Below, one piece after another: positions 50,628-61,232 of a stretch of 64,000 nucleotides of DNA. The notes under the pieces are model-generated. The model was not told the origin of the DNA, did not search any database, and worked only from the letters and a program-made list of their open reading frames with translations. Origin of the DNA: Bacteroidota bacterium (lineage in GTDB: Bacteria; Bacteroidota; Ignavibacteria; UBA10030; UBA8401); the NCBI GenBank assembly GCA_030679145.1, contig JAUXTU010000047.1, forward strand, positions 12,018 through 76,017, written 5' to 3'. A program made the position numbers and the translations under genes. Numbering within the stretch: the stretch's first letter is position 1; each line of letters opens with the position of its first letter.

Positions 50628-50656
50628 AATTTATCGAAATTTGGGTGTAAAGTCAA
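50628..50656 (-). promoter_or_regulatory. Sigma70-like promoter
   Basis: Minus strand TTGACT-17 nt-TAAATT about 40 nt upstream of the start at 50585. Confidence 0.5.
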
Positions 50657-50823
50657 CGATGATTTCGCTCCAAAAATAATTCATCTCTCAGAATTGGAAT
50701 GCTTACTATAGCATAAATTTTGGAAAAAAGAAAAAAATATTTCAAAATTTAACTATTGCTCTCTTTTTATTTTTTACCTACACTTCAATAACACAATTCT
50801 TTCTCACTAACCGAGTATCCGCT

Positions 50824-53337
50824 ATGAAAGCAGTCATTATGTCCGGAGGTTTCGGAACCAGACTTCGACCTCTCACATGCAACATCCCAAAACCAATGGT
50901 GCCGATGATGAACAAGCCGATGATGCAGCACATTGTTGACTTACTTAAAAAACATGGCATTACCGAAATTGTGTCCACACTTTTCTATCAACCGGAGATC
51001 ATCACCGGATATTTTGGAGATGGAGCAAAGTTTGAAATTAAAATGCAGTACCGTAAAGCAGAAGCCGATTATGGAACTGCAGGAAGCGTACGCAATGCTG
51101 CAGATTTTCTCGATGAACGGTTCATCATTATCAGCGGCGATGTGTTGACGGATTTCGATCTGACCAAAGCGATCGAATTTCACGAACAGAAAAAAGCAAA
51201 AGCAACGCTGGTTCTTACGCGTGCAACAAATCCTCTTGCCTTCGGAGTCGTCATCACCGACAATAGCGGAAAGATCACTCGCTTCTTGGAAAAACCATCA
51301 TGGGGTGAAGTATTCAGCGATACGATCAACACGGGAATTTATATCATTGAACCCGACGTGTTGAAACTTATTCCATATCAGAAGGAATTCGATTTCAGCA
51401 AGAATCTTTTTCCTGCAATGCTTGAACAGGACATGGGATTGTACGGTTACATTGCCGAAGGATACTGGCGTGATGTTGGGAATTTAAATGAATATCAGGA
51501 AGCACATCTTGATGCACTGGACGATGGTGTGAATTTAGTGCACGAAGGGAATATGGTTGGCAGCGCTTTTGTCGGATCAAATACGATGATCGAAACTGCT
51601 ATTGAAAATCTGCAGGGTAAAGTTTTGATCGGAAAGAATTGCAAAGTTGGAAAGAATGCAAAAATTATAAAATCAGTTATCGGAAATGACTGCGTCATTG
51701 ATGATGGTGCTGTGATCCGTAATTCCGTGATTTGGTCCGATACCAAAGTCGGAAAAGGCGCAGAACTCACATCGTGCGTTGTTGCAAAGTGGTGCACTAT
51801 CGGTGATTACGCTATCATCAATGATAATGTCTTTATATCCGATAAATGTATTATTGGAGCAGAAAGCCGACTCGCTCCGAATATAAAACTCTGGCCCGGA
51901 AAAGAAGTTGAAGAAGGTGCAGTGTTAACACGTTCTCTGGTGTGGGAGGATAAATGGTTAAAAGATCTTTTCACTGATGCAAGAATTACGGGACTCTCTA
52001 ATATAGAGATGAATCCCGAATTTGGCGCAAAGATCGGTGCGGCATTCGGTGCATTGGCAGGAAAAGGAAAATCTATTTTAATGAGCCGGGATTCTGACAA
52101 TGTATCACGAATGATGAACCGGGCAATTATGTGCGGATTGATGTCGGCAGGAGTTGATGCCGGCGATCTTCGTGCGGTATCCATTCCCATTCTTCGTCAA
52201 GAATTGCGCGGAGGGAAACACTCCGGCGGAATCCATGTAAGAAAATCTCCCATTGACAAAAATCTCACTGATATTATTTTCTTTGATGGAAAAGGAAAAG
52301 ATCTCCCGTCAAGCAAGACAAAATCGATGGAGCGATTATTTTTTGGAGAGGATTTCCCGCGGGCAAAACAGGATGATGTTGGCGGCGTTACATTCCCCGA
52401 ACGCGCACAGGAAAGTTATATACAGAAATTCCTCTCCACACTGAATGTTGAAGCGATCTCGCAATCAAAGTTCAAACTTGTTGTGGATTATTCCAGCGGC
52501 ATTGCATCATCGATCTTTCCAAATATTCTTGGCTCTTTTAATTCACAGGTCCTTTCGCAAAACGCATACCTTGATGCAAAAAAAATAACGCGCAATCAGG
52601 ATGAGTTCGACCAAAGCGTGTCTCAGCTGTCGCATATCGTTACTTCGTTGGGTTATGATATCGGTTTTCTTCTTGATGCCGGTGCAGAACGCTGTTTGAT
52701 CGTTGACGAGAATGGAAAATTCATTGAAACCGACCGTTTGCTCACGCTGGTCACGCATCTTTTTCTTACCGTCTACCCTGATGTAAAGAAGATCGCTGTT
52801 CCGATCACTGCCTCCGCAGAGATCGATCTGATCGCCGAACACATGGGTGTTGAAGTTGTAAAGACACGCGACAGTCATTTATCATTGATGGAAGCTGCCA
52901 TCAAAGAGGATATTAAATTTGTCGGCGGAACAAAAGGGGGATTTATTTTCCCTGATTTCCTTTTTGCGAGTGATGGGATGTATTCTGTCGCAAAGATCCT
53001 GGAAATGCTGGCACTTGCCGGAACACGTTTCGGACAGTTAGATAAACAAGTTCCGAAACTTCATATGAATAAAAAAGCGATCCATGTTCCCTGGGATAAA
53101 AAAGGACGTGTTATGCGTTACCTGATGAAGGACACCGATAATCAGCCGCATAGAATTCTTTTGGATGGAGTAAAGTTAATCCTTGACCATAAAAAATCAA
53201 CATCGGTGTTGATGTGGCCCGACAGAGCAAAACCATCGTTCCACGTTCACGCCGAATCGTCAGACAAAGAACTTGCTGAAAGTTTGGTTTCACAATACGA
53301 AGAGAAGATCGTTGAGTGGCGTGATACTCGAGATTGA
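50824..53337 (+). CDS. Mannose-1-phosphate guanylyltransferase / phosphomannomutase-like fusion
   Basis: MSGGFGTRLRPLT..PKPM, hexapeptide region and PGM/PMM-like C-terminal domains. Confidence 0.88.
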   Translation: MKAVIMSGGFGTRLRPLTCNIPKPMVPMMNKPMMQHIVDLLKKHGITEIVSTLFYQPEIITGYFGDGAKFEIKMQYRKAEADYGTAGSVRNAADFLDERFIIISGDVLTDFDLTKAIEFHEQKKAKATLVLTRATNPLAFGVVITDNSGKITRFLEKPSWGEVFSDTINTGIYIIEPDVLKLIPYQKEFDFSKNLFPAMLEQDMGLYGYIAEGYWRDVGNLNEYQEAHLDALDDGVNLVHEGNMVGSAFVGSNTMIETAIENLQGKVLIGKNCKVGKNAKIIKSVIGNDCVIDDGAVIRNSVIWSDTKVGKGAELTSCVVAKWCTIGDYAIINDNVFISDKCIIGAESRLAPNIKLWPGKEVEEGAVLTRSLVWEDKWLKDLFTDARITGLSNIEMNPEFGAKIGAAFGALAGKGKSILMSRDSDNVSRMMNRAIMCGLMSAGVDAGDLRAVSIPILRQELRGGKHSGGIHVRKSPIDKNLTDIIFFDGKGKDLPSSKTKSMERLFFGEDFPRAKQDDVGGVTFPERAQESYIQKFLSTLNVEAISQSKFKLVVDYSSGIASSIFPNILGSFNSQVLSQNAYLDAKKITRNQDEFDQSVSQLSHIVTSLGYDIGFLLDAGAERCLIVDENGKFIETDRLLTLVTHLFLTVYPDVKKIAVPITASAEIDLIAEHMGVEVVKTRDSHLSLMEAAIKEDIKFVGGTKGGFIFPDFLFASDGMYSVAKILEMLALAGTRFGQLDKQVPKLHMNKKAIHVPWDKKGRVMRYLMKDTDNQPHRILLDGVKLILDHKKSTSVLMWPDRAKPSFHVHAESSDKELAESLVSQYEEKIVEWRDTRD

Positions 53338-53429
53338 TATTGCAAGAATTTTAGCTACCATTTAGAGGTCGAAAGTCGTATATTTCACAGTTGAATTTAT
53401 ATGGTTGATATTTTGGAGATCAAGAAAAA

Positions 53430-53900
53430 ATGAAAATCAGTGATATTTTAGATGAATCAGTTGTTCGCGTAAAGCTTAAAGGCAAATCAAAGGACGAGAT
53501 CATCAATGAAATGATCGCGATCGTCAATCATTCCCCGAAGATCACGGACATCGAAAAGGTCCGTGAGGCGATCTTTGAACGTGAAAAGATCATGTCAACC
53601 GGTGTCGGGAACGGTTTTGCCATTCCGCATGGAAAAAGCGATGCTGTGCTTGATATTGTGGCTGCGTTCGCCATTACCGAAGAAGCAATCGATTATGAAT
53701 CTTTGGATGAACAGCCGGTTCATCTTATTTTCCTGCTGGTTGGAAAAGACAGCATGGTAGGACCGCATATTAAACTGCTCAGCAGGATATCCCGCTTAAT
53801 GAACAAAGAAGATTTCCGAAAGAAACTGCTTGATGCAAAAACTTCGAAGGAAGTGATCGAGATCTTCAAGAGCGAAGAAGCACAATATTTCGAGAATTAA
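53430..53900 (+). CDS. PTS EIIA component (fructose/nitrogen type)
   Basis: EREKIMSTGVGNGFAIPHGK. Confidence 0.92.
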   Translation: MKISDILDESVVRVKLKGKSKDEIINEMIAIVNHSPKITDIEKVREAIFEREKIMSTGVGNGFAIPHGKSDAVLDIVAAFAITEEAIDYESLDEQPVHLIFLLVGKDSMVGPHIKLLSRISRLMNKEDFRKKLLDAKTSKEVIEIFKSEEAQYFEN

Positions 53901-53980
53901 ATTCCCTGCAAATTCTTGGGCGTAATTTTTTTTGGACCGAGTAACTCTCTTCCCAATTTTATAACTATTTCTGATATCCC

Positions 53981-55231
53981 GTGAATTATCGTTCCGTAAA
54001 AGGCGCTAAAGATATTCTTCCCTCCGAAACATCGCAGTGGCAGTTCGTTGAACAGACAATGCGCGATGTCTTTCATCGTTTCAATTATAGAGAGATCCGC
54101 ACACCAATCTTTGAATCAACCGGATTATTTGCGCGCAGCATTGGCGAACTGACTGATATCGTTGGAAAAGAAATGTACACGTTCCAAGATAGAAGCAACG
54201 ACAGTATCACGCTTCGTCCTGAAGGGACTGCGTCGGTCATTCGTTCATTCATCCAGAACAACATTGGTGAAGCTCAGCCGCTGACGAAAGTATTTTACAT
54301 CGGACCAATGTTCCGGCAGGAACGGCCGCAAGCCGGAAGGCTCCGTCAGTTCCATCAATTCGGCGCGGAAGCGATCGGATCGCCGACAGCGGAAACGGAT
54401 GTTGAGATCATTGCATTGGCAATTGAAATTTACAAAGCGCTCGGCATCACGAATTATTCGCTGCAGATCAATTCTGTCGGCGATGAAGAATGCCGTCCTC
54501 GATATAAAGAAATTCTCAGCGCTGAATTACGAAAGATCGCTGATAAACTCTCCAACGATAGTCAGAAACGGATCGACCAAAATCCGATGCGAGTGCTTGA
54601 TTCCAAAGACGAGAACGATAAATTGTTGACTGCCTCAATGCCTCTTATCACCGATTATCTGAATGAAGAATGTTCAAAACATTTTGAGCGTGTGAAAACA
54701 TTATTGACCGCGTATGGAATTCCATTTACGGTAAACGGACGATTAGTACGCGGATTGGATTACTATACTAAGACAGCATTCGAGATTACAAGCACTGAAC
54801 TTGGTTCACAGGATGCGCTTGCCGGAGGCGGACGATACGATCTGCTGGTGAAAGAACTCGGCGGTAAACAAACTCCGGGTGTTGGATTTGCGGCAGGCAT
54901 TGAACGGTTGATGATGATCCTTGAAAAGAAAGGGATCCAATCACCGCAGCGAAATCCAAAAATTTTTATTGCGGCGGCAGACGACTCTTCCCGCGAATGG
55001 GTACTGACAACAACAATGCAGCTTCGATCTGCCGGTGTATCGGCTGAAACAGATCTTCTTTCCAGGAGTTTGAAATCACAGATGAAAGAAGCGGATCGAC
55101 AGAAGGCAGAATTTGTCCTTGTTGTCGGTTCAACGGAACTTGAAAGCGGTAAAGGATCGTTGAAGAACTTAGTGGATCACACTCAGCGAGAGATCGCGCT
55201 GAGCGATATCCTGACGTTCTTCAAACAATAA
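53981..55231 (+). CDS. hisS: Histidine-tRNA ligase
   Basis: LRPEGTA, FRQERPQAGRLRQFHQ, LVRGLDYY and GGGRYD. Confidence 0.97.
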   Translation: MNYRSVKGAKDILPSETSQWQFVEQTMRDVFHRFNYREIRTPIFESTGLFARSIGELTDIVGKEMYTFQDRSNDSITLRPEGTASVIRSFIQNNIGEAQPLTKVFYIGPMFRQERPQAGRLRQFHQFGAEAIGSPTAETDVEIIALAIEIYKALGITNYSLQINSVGDEECRPRYKEILSAELRKIADKLSNDSQKRIDQNPMRVLDSKDENDKLLTASMPLITDYLNEECSKHFERVKTLLTAYGIPFTVNGRLVRGLDYYTKTAFEITSTELGSQDALAGGGRYDLLVKELGGKQTPGVGFAAGIERLMMILEKKGIQSPQRNPKIFIAAADDSSREWVLTTTMQLRSAGVSAETDLLSRSLKSQMKEADRQKAEFVLVVGSTELESGKGSLKNLVDHTQREIALSDILTFFKQ

Positions 55232-55271
55232 CGCGGTTCAACGGTATAACCTCCGTTCCGCAAAGTAGATT

Positions 55272-55766
55272 ATGCCGACAAAGAATCAATCGATAGAATA
55301 CCGTTTATTGGTGCGACCAACATTTGATTCGACGGTGAACAAAGAAGGAATTCTTTTTTTACTTGAGACATCGAAACAATTCACCAATTTCAGCTATGTC
55401 ATTGATGTAAAAGAGACCATTCTCGGTAGAAAAATCGTTTGGACATTACGCGGACTGCGTGCGCCGTCAATGAACATGCCTTCAACCGGCGCCGCACAAT
55501 ACAGCAATATCTATTTTGACCTCGACAACAAAATAGATTTTATGCTCGTCAAAAACGAAAAAGCAACTGCTTCAACATCATTGAAATTTTTACGATCTTC
55601 GGTCAAATCAACAAAAACAATTGTTAATTTTTTGAAGATCTATACTGATGAAATTGAATTTGAGAATAACAGATTGACCGATGCGGATGTCCCTGAATTA
55701 AAACCCGATATCCATCGTGGTCATGAAAAAACAAAAAAACTAATCAAGAGACAGAAAAATAAATAA
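55272..55766 (+). CDS. Hypothetical protein
   Basis: 164-aa ORF in the operon; its stop overlaps the lgt start. Confidence 0.7.
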   Translation: MPTKNQSIEYRLLVRPTFDSTVNKEGILFLLETSKQFTNFSYVIDVKETILGRKIVWTLRGLRAPSMNMPSTGAAQYSNIYFDLDNKIDFMLVKNEKATASTSLKFLRSSVKSTKTIVNFLKIYTDEIEFENNRLTDADVPELKPDIHRGHEKTKKLIKRQKNK

Positions 55767-56587
55767 TGCATCCAATTATTTTCTCCTTCGGCGGTATCAC
55801 CATCTACAGCTTCGGCTTAATGATGGGTATCTCTTTCCTCATCGGAAATTATATTCTCACCAAAGAATTCAAACGAAAAAAACTCCATTCTGATCTTGCA
55901 TCGAACATTACATTGATCGCATTGATCGCGGGAGTTTCCGGATCGAAATTTTTATATTTGTTGGAAAATTGGAGTGACTTCACCCGCGATCCGATCGGGA
56001 TGACATTTTCGCCGGGCGGAATGACATTTTACGGCGGATTCGTGCTCGCATTGATCTCGATCTATTATTACGCAAAGAAAAAAGGGTTGCCGTTCATGAA
56101 GATCGGTGATGCGGCCGCTCCTGCATTACTCCTTGCGTACGGTATTGCCCGTATTGGCTGTCATCTTGCGGGAGACGGCGATTATGGATTTCCTTCCAAT
56201 CTTCCCTGGGCAACGGATTATTCCAACGGAACGTATCCGCCATCGGCAGCATTCAGAAGTTTTCCGGAAGTGACATCGTTGTTCCCGAACGGCATCGTTC
56301 CTGACAATACGCTTTGTCATCCCACACCAATTTATGAAACGATCATCTGTTCCCTCTTCTTCGTCATCCTTTGGAAGAATCGTGAAAAGTGGAGCATTCA
56401 AGGGCAAATGTTCTATGCGTACCTTGTTCTTGCAGGAATTGAACGATTGACCGTTGAGTTCTTCAGACTTAATCCCCGCTTGCTGTTTGGATTAAGCGAG
56501 GCGCAGATCATTGCACTTATTTTGATCGCAGCAGGTGCAATTGGATGGAATTCATTGCGTCGAGAAGAAAAACTGATAAAATCTTAA
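55766..56587 (+). CDS. lgt: Prolipoprotein diacylglyceryl transferase
   Basis: GGMTFYGG, ARIGCHLAGDGDYG, HPTPIYE and ERLTVEFFR. Confidence 0.92.
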   Translation: MHPIIFSFGGITIYSFGLMMGISFLIGNYILTKEFKRKKLHSDLASNITLIALIAGVSGSKFLYLLENWSDFTRDPIGMTFSPGGMTFYGGFVLALISIYYYAKKKGLPFMKIGDAAAPALLLAYGIARIGCHLAGDGDYGFPSNLPWATDYSNGTYPPSAAFRSFPEVTSLFPNGIVPDNTLCHPTPIYETIICSLFFVILWKNREKWSIQGQMFYAYLVLAGIERLTVEFFRLNPRLLFGLSEAQIIALILIAAGAIGWNSLRREEKLIKS

Positions 56588-56596
56588 ACTGAAATT

Positions 56597-57331
56597 ATGA
56601 ATCTAATCCTCGGCAGAAAACCGGTTCTGGATGCGCTGAAATCAAACACACCAATTGACCGGTTGATGATCGCGCAAAATTCTCACGGTGAAGTTGTTGA
56701 TGAGATCATCAAGATCGCGCGGCAAAAAAATATTCCGTATAGAATGTCTCCCGCAGATCAAATTTCAAAAACTGCACAAGGTCAAAATAGCCAGGGAGTC
56801 ATTGCGTTCATCGGGACGAAAGAATTTTCCGATATCAGCGCATTGTTCGACGTGGCAAAGGCAAAGAACGAGCAGCCCTTCTTCCTCATTTTCGATGAGA
56901 TCGAGGATGTTCACAATCTTGGCGCGTTGATCCGTACCGCAGTCTGCACCGGCGCGCACGGAGGAATCATTCCAAAACATCACAACGCTCCGGTGAATGA
57001 TACTGTTGTAAAAACATCAGCAGGCGCAAGTTTGCAGTTTCCAATGGCGCGCGTGACGAACATTGCACAGACCATTGATGAACTAAAAGAGAACGGCGTG
57101 TGGATCGTCGGCACAGAAATGACCGCACCGAAAAATTTTACCGAGATCGATTACTCGGTTCCGGTCGCATTGGTCATCGGAAACGAAGGGAAAGGAATAC
57201 GCAGATTAGTAAAAGATAAATGCGATTTTCTCGTAAAAATTCCGATGAAGGGGGATTTTGAATCACTCAACGCCTCGGTTGCCGGTGCAATTGTCATGTA
57301 TGAAGTATTGCGGAAAAGAAATTTCAAATAA
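56597..57331 (+). CDS. rlmB: 23S rRNA Gm2251 methyltransferase
   Basis: DVHNLGALIRTA, IGNEGKG and ESLNASVA. Confidence 0.93.
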   Translation: MNLILGRKPVLDALKSNTPIDRLMIAQNSHGEVVDEIIKIARQKNIPYRMSPADQISKTAQGQNSQGVIAFIGTKEFSDISALFDVAKAKNEQPFFLIFDEIEDVHNLGALIRTAVCTGAHGGIIPKHHNAPVNDTVVKTSAGASLQFPMARVTNIAQTIDELKENGVWIVGTEMTAPKNFTEIDYSVPVALVIGNEGKGIRRLVKDKCDFLVKIPMKGDFESLNASVAGAIVMYEVLRKRNFK

Positions 57332-57334
57332 TTT

Positions 57335-58234
57335 ATGATCACCCGTTACCGAAATACCGGAAAAAAGAAGTTCGAATGGATCGACGTCATCAATCCGACA
57401 ACAGATGAGTTGAAGAGTGTTGCAGAAGAACATTCTCTCCATGCTAACGCAGTTCAGGACAGCCTTCAGCCGGAACATCTCCCGAAATTCGAATGGATCG
57501 ACGATACGGTGTTCATCATTGGAAGAGTGTACGATTATCTGTCAACCAAGGACGCAGACACCATCCAGGACATCAGCAACAAGATCGCGATCTTTGTCGG
57601 AAAGAATTTCATCATTACGATCCATCGCGGTGAGCAGCCGTTCCTTGACGCGATACGGGCGAAGCATTTTAACACCGCTCAATGTGCAGCACCGAACGAT
57701 CTTCTCATTAAAATATTGTACTACATATTCCAGTCGTATGTTACTCCTTCATCGATCCTCGAGGAAGAACTGGATCAATTAGAGACACTGATCGTTCTGA
57801 AGAATCAGACCAATTCTGTACTAAGAAAACTGTACCACTTAAAACGCAAAGCTGCCGTTTGCCTTCGTATCCTCCGTCTCTCTAAAACCATCATTGATAA
57901 TCTTGACAAGAATACTTCTGCCGTCATTCATCAGGATCTCCGTGAGTTTTTTCTTAGTCTGGAAACGTCCTACGATCAAACGATCGAGAATGCAAACAAC
58001 CTTCTTAATCTTTACATCTCTCTTTCATCACAAAGAACGAATGAAGTCGTTCGTGTTCTTACATTGTTCTCGGTCTTCTTTATGCCGTTAACGTTCATTG
58101 TCGGCGTCTATGGAATGAACTTTGAGTTTATGCCTGAACTTCACAGCCCCTACGGATATCCTCTTGTTATTACTGTAATGGGTCTTATCACACTGGGAAT
58201 CTATCTCTGGTTCAAAAAGAAACGCTGGCTGTGA
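57335..58234 (+). CDS. corA: CorA-family divalent cation transporter
   Basis: PLTFIVGVYGMNF..MPEL. Confidence 0.9.
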   Translation: MITRYRNTGKKKFEWIDVINPTTDELKSVAEEHSLHANAVQDSLQPEHLPKFEWIDDTVFIIGRVYDYLSTKDADTIQDISNKIAIFVGKNFIITIHRGEQPFLDAIRAKHFNTAQCAAPNDLLIKILYYIFQSYVTPSSILEEELDQLETLIVLKNQTNSVLRKLYHLKRKAAVCLRILRLSKTIIDNLDKNTSAVIHQDLREFFLSLETSYDQTIENANNLLNLYISLSSQRTNEVVRVLTLFSVFFMPLTFIVGVYGMNFEFMPELHSPYGYPLVITVMGLITLGIYLWFKKKRWL

Positions 58235-58252
58235 TCCCGTAAAAAACTCTTC

Positions 58253-58281
58253 TTGACACTCTCTGCTCGAATTCATACCTT
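58253..58281 (+). promoter_or_regulatory. Sigma70-like promoter
   Basis: TTGACA-17 nt-TACCTT upstream of the gene at 58341. Confidence 0.55.
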
Positions 58282-58340
58282 TCGCTCCGAATTCAATGCG
58301 GCTCGTTCCGCAGTTCCATCATTTACTTTCGGAGGTTGTT

Positions 58341-58760
58341 ATGATGAGCAAGAATTTCTGGATCGCTGTTATTGTTGGCAGTATTGTTGTGAATGTTATT
58401 GATTTTTTGGTACAGGGAATGCTGTTCCAAACCATGTTCTACTCTAAGATGGAGGGATTGAAACAAACAAACCCGGCGTGGTTTGTGGTAATGGATGTGA
58501 TCATGGTTATCCTTTTTGTGTGGTTCTATGATAAAGTGTACAGCAGTTTCAGCGGAGGGATGGAAGGCGGAATGAAGTTCGGACTTTACTACGGCGTTAT
58601 CATGAATTTCCCCGTGATGTTTTTCCCCTACTTGATGTATCAAGGAACGATGTATAGTTACGTGTGGGCTTCCATTATTTATGGTATCATCTGGGGCGCG
58701 GTGCTCGGTTCAGTCGTTGGAAAATTATATGTAAAAGGTGCAACTGCTTCAGCAGCGTAA
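58341..58760 (+). CDS. Hypothetical 4-TM membrane protein
   Basis: GGAGG RBS before ATG 58341; four hydrophobic helices. Confidence 0.75.
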   Translation: MMSKNFWIAVIVGSIVVNVIDFLVQGMLFQTMFYSKMEGLKQTNPAWFVVMDVIMVILFVWFYDKVYSSFSGGMEGGMKFGLYYGVIMNFPVMFFPYLMYQGTMYSYVWASIIYGIIWGAVLGSVVGKLYVKGATASAA

Positions 58761-58768
58761 TCTTTGGT

Positions 58769-58801
58769 AACCTTGTCAAGGTTTTAAACCTTGACAAGGT
58801 T
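58769..58801. repeat. REP-like double palindrome
   Basis: AACCTTGTCAAGGTT-TTA-AACCTTGACAAGGTT between convergent genes. Confidence 0.75.
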
Positions 58802-58809
58802 TCTTGAAT

Positions 58810-59547
58810 TTATTTTCCCCACAGCGCATCGCTCGGCAGAACATTCTCATCTTTCAGCAGCCGTAATCCAAATTCTCTTCCTTTTGCGTTCGCCTGTTTG
58901 TCTCTTGGATCATCTTTCCCGCCCAACACAAATCGATCCTCACCTAATTCAAAAAGATCGCCGATCATTTCCGCAAATGAATTCGATCTTGTTGCATACG
59001 CAATATATGCCGAACCGAAAAAATGCTGCAGTTTATCTTTATCGCTTGCTTTTTGAACATTACTGAGAATTTTTTTGGGAAGATGCGTACGCCGAAGACG
59101 AAAGAGTGAATCATTTTCAAATGTCAATGGAAAATAGACCGAACCGATGATTGGGATTTTCAAACCCAATCGCTTATGATCCATTACTGCAAGTATAGAG
59201 ATCAGTAATGCGTGTTTCACATCTCCATCTGCAATGAGCATCGCGCGATCAAAGATTGCATCAACAGCAAGCGTATCATCATACGTTCTGCGCAGTTCAT
59301 AGAACCGATCGTCGCGGAGATATCGCTTTAAATGTGCTTCGTCTTTTAAAAGCGGAGGGAGAAAATCGGTGGGATCGATGAATGATGAGTCTTCGGTGGA
59401 ATAATACCAGTCGTCATTGAGCCAAGTTGAATCTTTTTCCTGGGAAAGGATGAAGGATGAAGGATGAAAAATCAAAAAGATGAAAAATGAAACATGAAAA
59501 ATAAAAAATCGTTTCCTTCGCAATTCTATCAAAAATTTAGAATTCAT
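58810..59547 (-). CDS. Hypothetical exported protein
   Basis: 245-aa ORF with DKLQHFFGSA..D..AN..G motif; the N-terminal hydrophobic stretch is encoded by heptamer repeats. Confidence 0.72.
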   Translation of the reverse strand: MNSKFLIELRRKRFFIFHVSFFIFLIFHPSSFILSQEKDSTWLNDDWYYSTEDSSFIDPTDFLPPLLKDEAHLKRYLRDDRFYELRRTYDDTLAVDAIFDRAMLIADGDVKHALLISILAVMDHKRLGLKIPIIGSVYFPLTFENDSLFRLRRTHLPKKILSNVQKASDKDKLQHFFGSAYIAYATRSNSFAEMIGDLFELGEDRFVLGGKDDPRDKQANAKGREFGLRLLKDENVLPSDALWGK

Positions 59548-59572
59548 ACTTCATAATTCATCTTTCATCCTT
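59447..59572. repeat. Inverted heptamer-arm element
   Basis: Left arm AGGATGA x3 plus degenerate units to about 59509; right arm TTCATAC-TTCATAA-TTCATCT-TTCATCC. Confidence 0.75.
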
Positions 59573-59576
59573 AAGT

Positions 59577-61232
59577 TCAAACTTGTAACACCCCCGTCTT
59601 AAACTCCGCCATGTTCGGATTACAATTTGCCATTGCAATTCCGCGGGAGATGACATTGCGCGTTTCCAATGGATCGATAATTCCATCAACCCACAACCGA
59701 GCTGCGGCAAATTTCGGATCGAGTTCGGTCTCGTATGTTTTCTGGATCTCATCGAGAAGCTGTTTCTGCTGTTCTGCGGAAATATGCGTTCCCCCTTTTT
59801 CCATCGCCTGTACTTTTATTGCAAGAAGCGTTTCACTCGCCTGTTTCCCGCCCATCACCGCGATCTGCGCCGAATGCCAGCCGTAGATCAATCGCGGATC
59901 GTACGCTTTTCCGCACATTGCATAATTCCCCGCGCCGTAACTATTTCCCGTGATGATCGTGAATTTCGGAACGACGGAATTTGCAACTGCATTCACCATC
60001 TTCGCGCCATCTTTAATGATGCCGCCATGCTCGCTTCTGCTTCCAACCATGAATCCAGTCACATCCTGAAAGAATACTAACGGGATTTTTTTCTGATTAC
60101 AATTGAGAATGAACCGCGCTGCTTTATCCGCACTGTCGGAATAGATCACTCCGCCGACCTGCATCTCTCCTTTTGCAGTTTTGGTGATCGCACGCTGATT
60201 TGCGACGATGCCAACAGCCCAACCATCGATCCGTGCATAACCGCAGATGATTGATTTGCCGAATCCTGCTTTGTATTCATCCATTTCGCTGTCATCAATG
60301 ATACGCGAGAGAATTTGATATGTATCGTACGGTTTATTCCGTTCAACGGGAAGTATTCCGTAAATATCTTTTGGATCGAACTTTGGCTTAGAAGGTTTTT
60401 CGTAATTGAATCCTGCCACAGGGAAACGCCCAAGCTTGGAAATGATACTTCTAATTTTTTTCAACGCCGCTTCATCGTTCGCCATTTTATGGTCGGTCAC
60501 TCCGCTGATCTCGCAATGGACCGTCGCTCCGCCGAGCGATTCGTTATCGATCTCTTCACCGATTGCCGCTTTCACCAAATGCGAACCGGCAAGAAACACG
60601 CTTCCCGTTTTATCCACGATCATTGCTTCATCACTCATAATGGGAAGATACGCGCCGCCCGCAACACACATTCCCATAATTGCAGCAATCTGCGTTATTC
60701 CCATTGCGGACATCACTGCGTTGTTCCGAAAAATCCTTCCAAAATGTTCTTTGTCAGGAAAAATTTCTGATTGCAGCGGAAGAAATACCCCCGCCGAATC
60801 AACCAGATAAACGATCGGCAGACGATTTTCAATTGCAATTTCCTGAGCGCGAAGATTCTTCTTTGCTGTAATGGGAAACCACGCTCCCGCTTTCACCGTT
60901 GCATCGTTTGCAACGATCACCACATCACGATTATGAATCTTCCCAATTCCAAAAACAGTTCCGGCGGATGGCGCACCGCCATACTCTGCATACATTTCAT
61001 ACGCAGAAAAAAGACCAACTTCTAAAAATTTAGATTTTGGATCGATAAGCACTTCGATCCGCTCACGCGCAGTCAATTTTCCTTTTTTCTTATGCTTCAA
61101 GATCGCGTCGATCCCACCGCCAAGCTTGACTTTTTTCGCATGGGTTTCCAGTTCCTTCAACGCCTTCTTGTGGAATGCTTCGTTACGCTTAAAAGCTTCA
61201 TCTTTTTTTATTTCGGAACCTATTTGTGCCAT
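59577..61232 (-). CDS. Acyl-CoA carboxylase carboxyltransferase subunit (methylcrotonyl-CoA carboxylase beta-like)
   Basis: GKLTARERI, LVDSAGVFLP, CVAGGAY, GAGNYAMCG and ARLWVDGII. Confidence 0.92.
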   Translation of the reverse strand: MAQIGSEIKKDEAFKRNEAFHKKALKELETHAKKVKLGGGIDAILKHKKKGKLTARERIEVLIDPKSKFLEVGLFSAYEMYAEYGGAPSAGTVFGIGKIHNRDVVIVANDATVKAGAWFPITAKKNLRAQEIAIENRLPIVYLVDSAGVFLPLQSEIFPDKEHFGRIFRNNAVMSAMGITQIAAIMGMCVAGGAYLPIMSDEAMIVDKTGSVFLAGSHLVKAAIGEEIDNESLGGATVHCEISGVTDHKMANDEAALKKIRSIISKLGRFPVAGFNYEKPSKPKFDPKDIYGILPVERNKPYDTYQILSRIIDDSEMDEYKAGFGKSIICGYARIDGWAVGIVANQRAITKTAKGEMQVGGVIYSDSADKAARFILNCNQKKIPLVFFQDVTGFMVGSRSEHGGIIKDGAKMVNAVANSVVPKFTIITGNSYGAGNYAMCGKAYDPRLIYGWHSAQIAVMGGKQASETLLAIKVQAMEKGGTHISAEQQKQLLDEIQKTYETELDPKFAAARLWVDGIIDPLETRNVISRGIAMANCNPNMAEFKTGVLQV

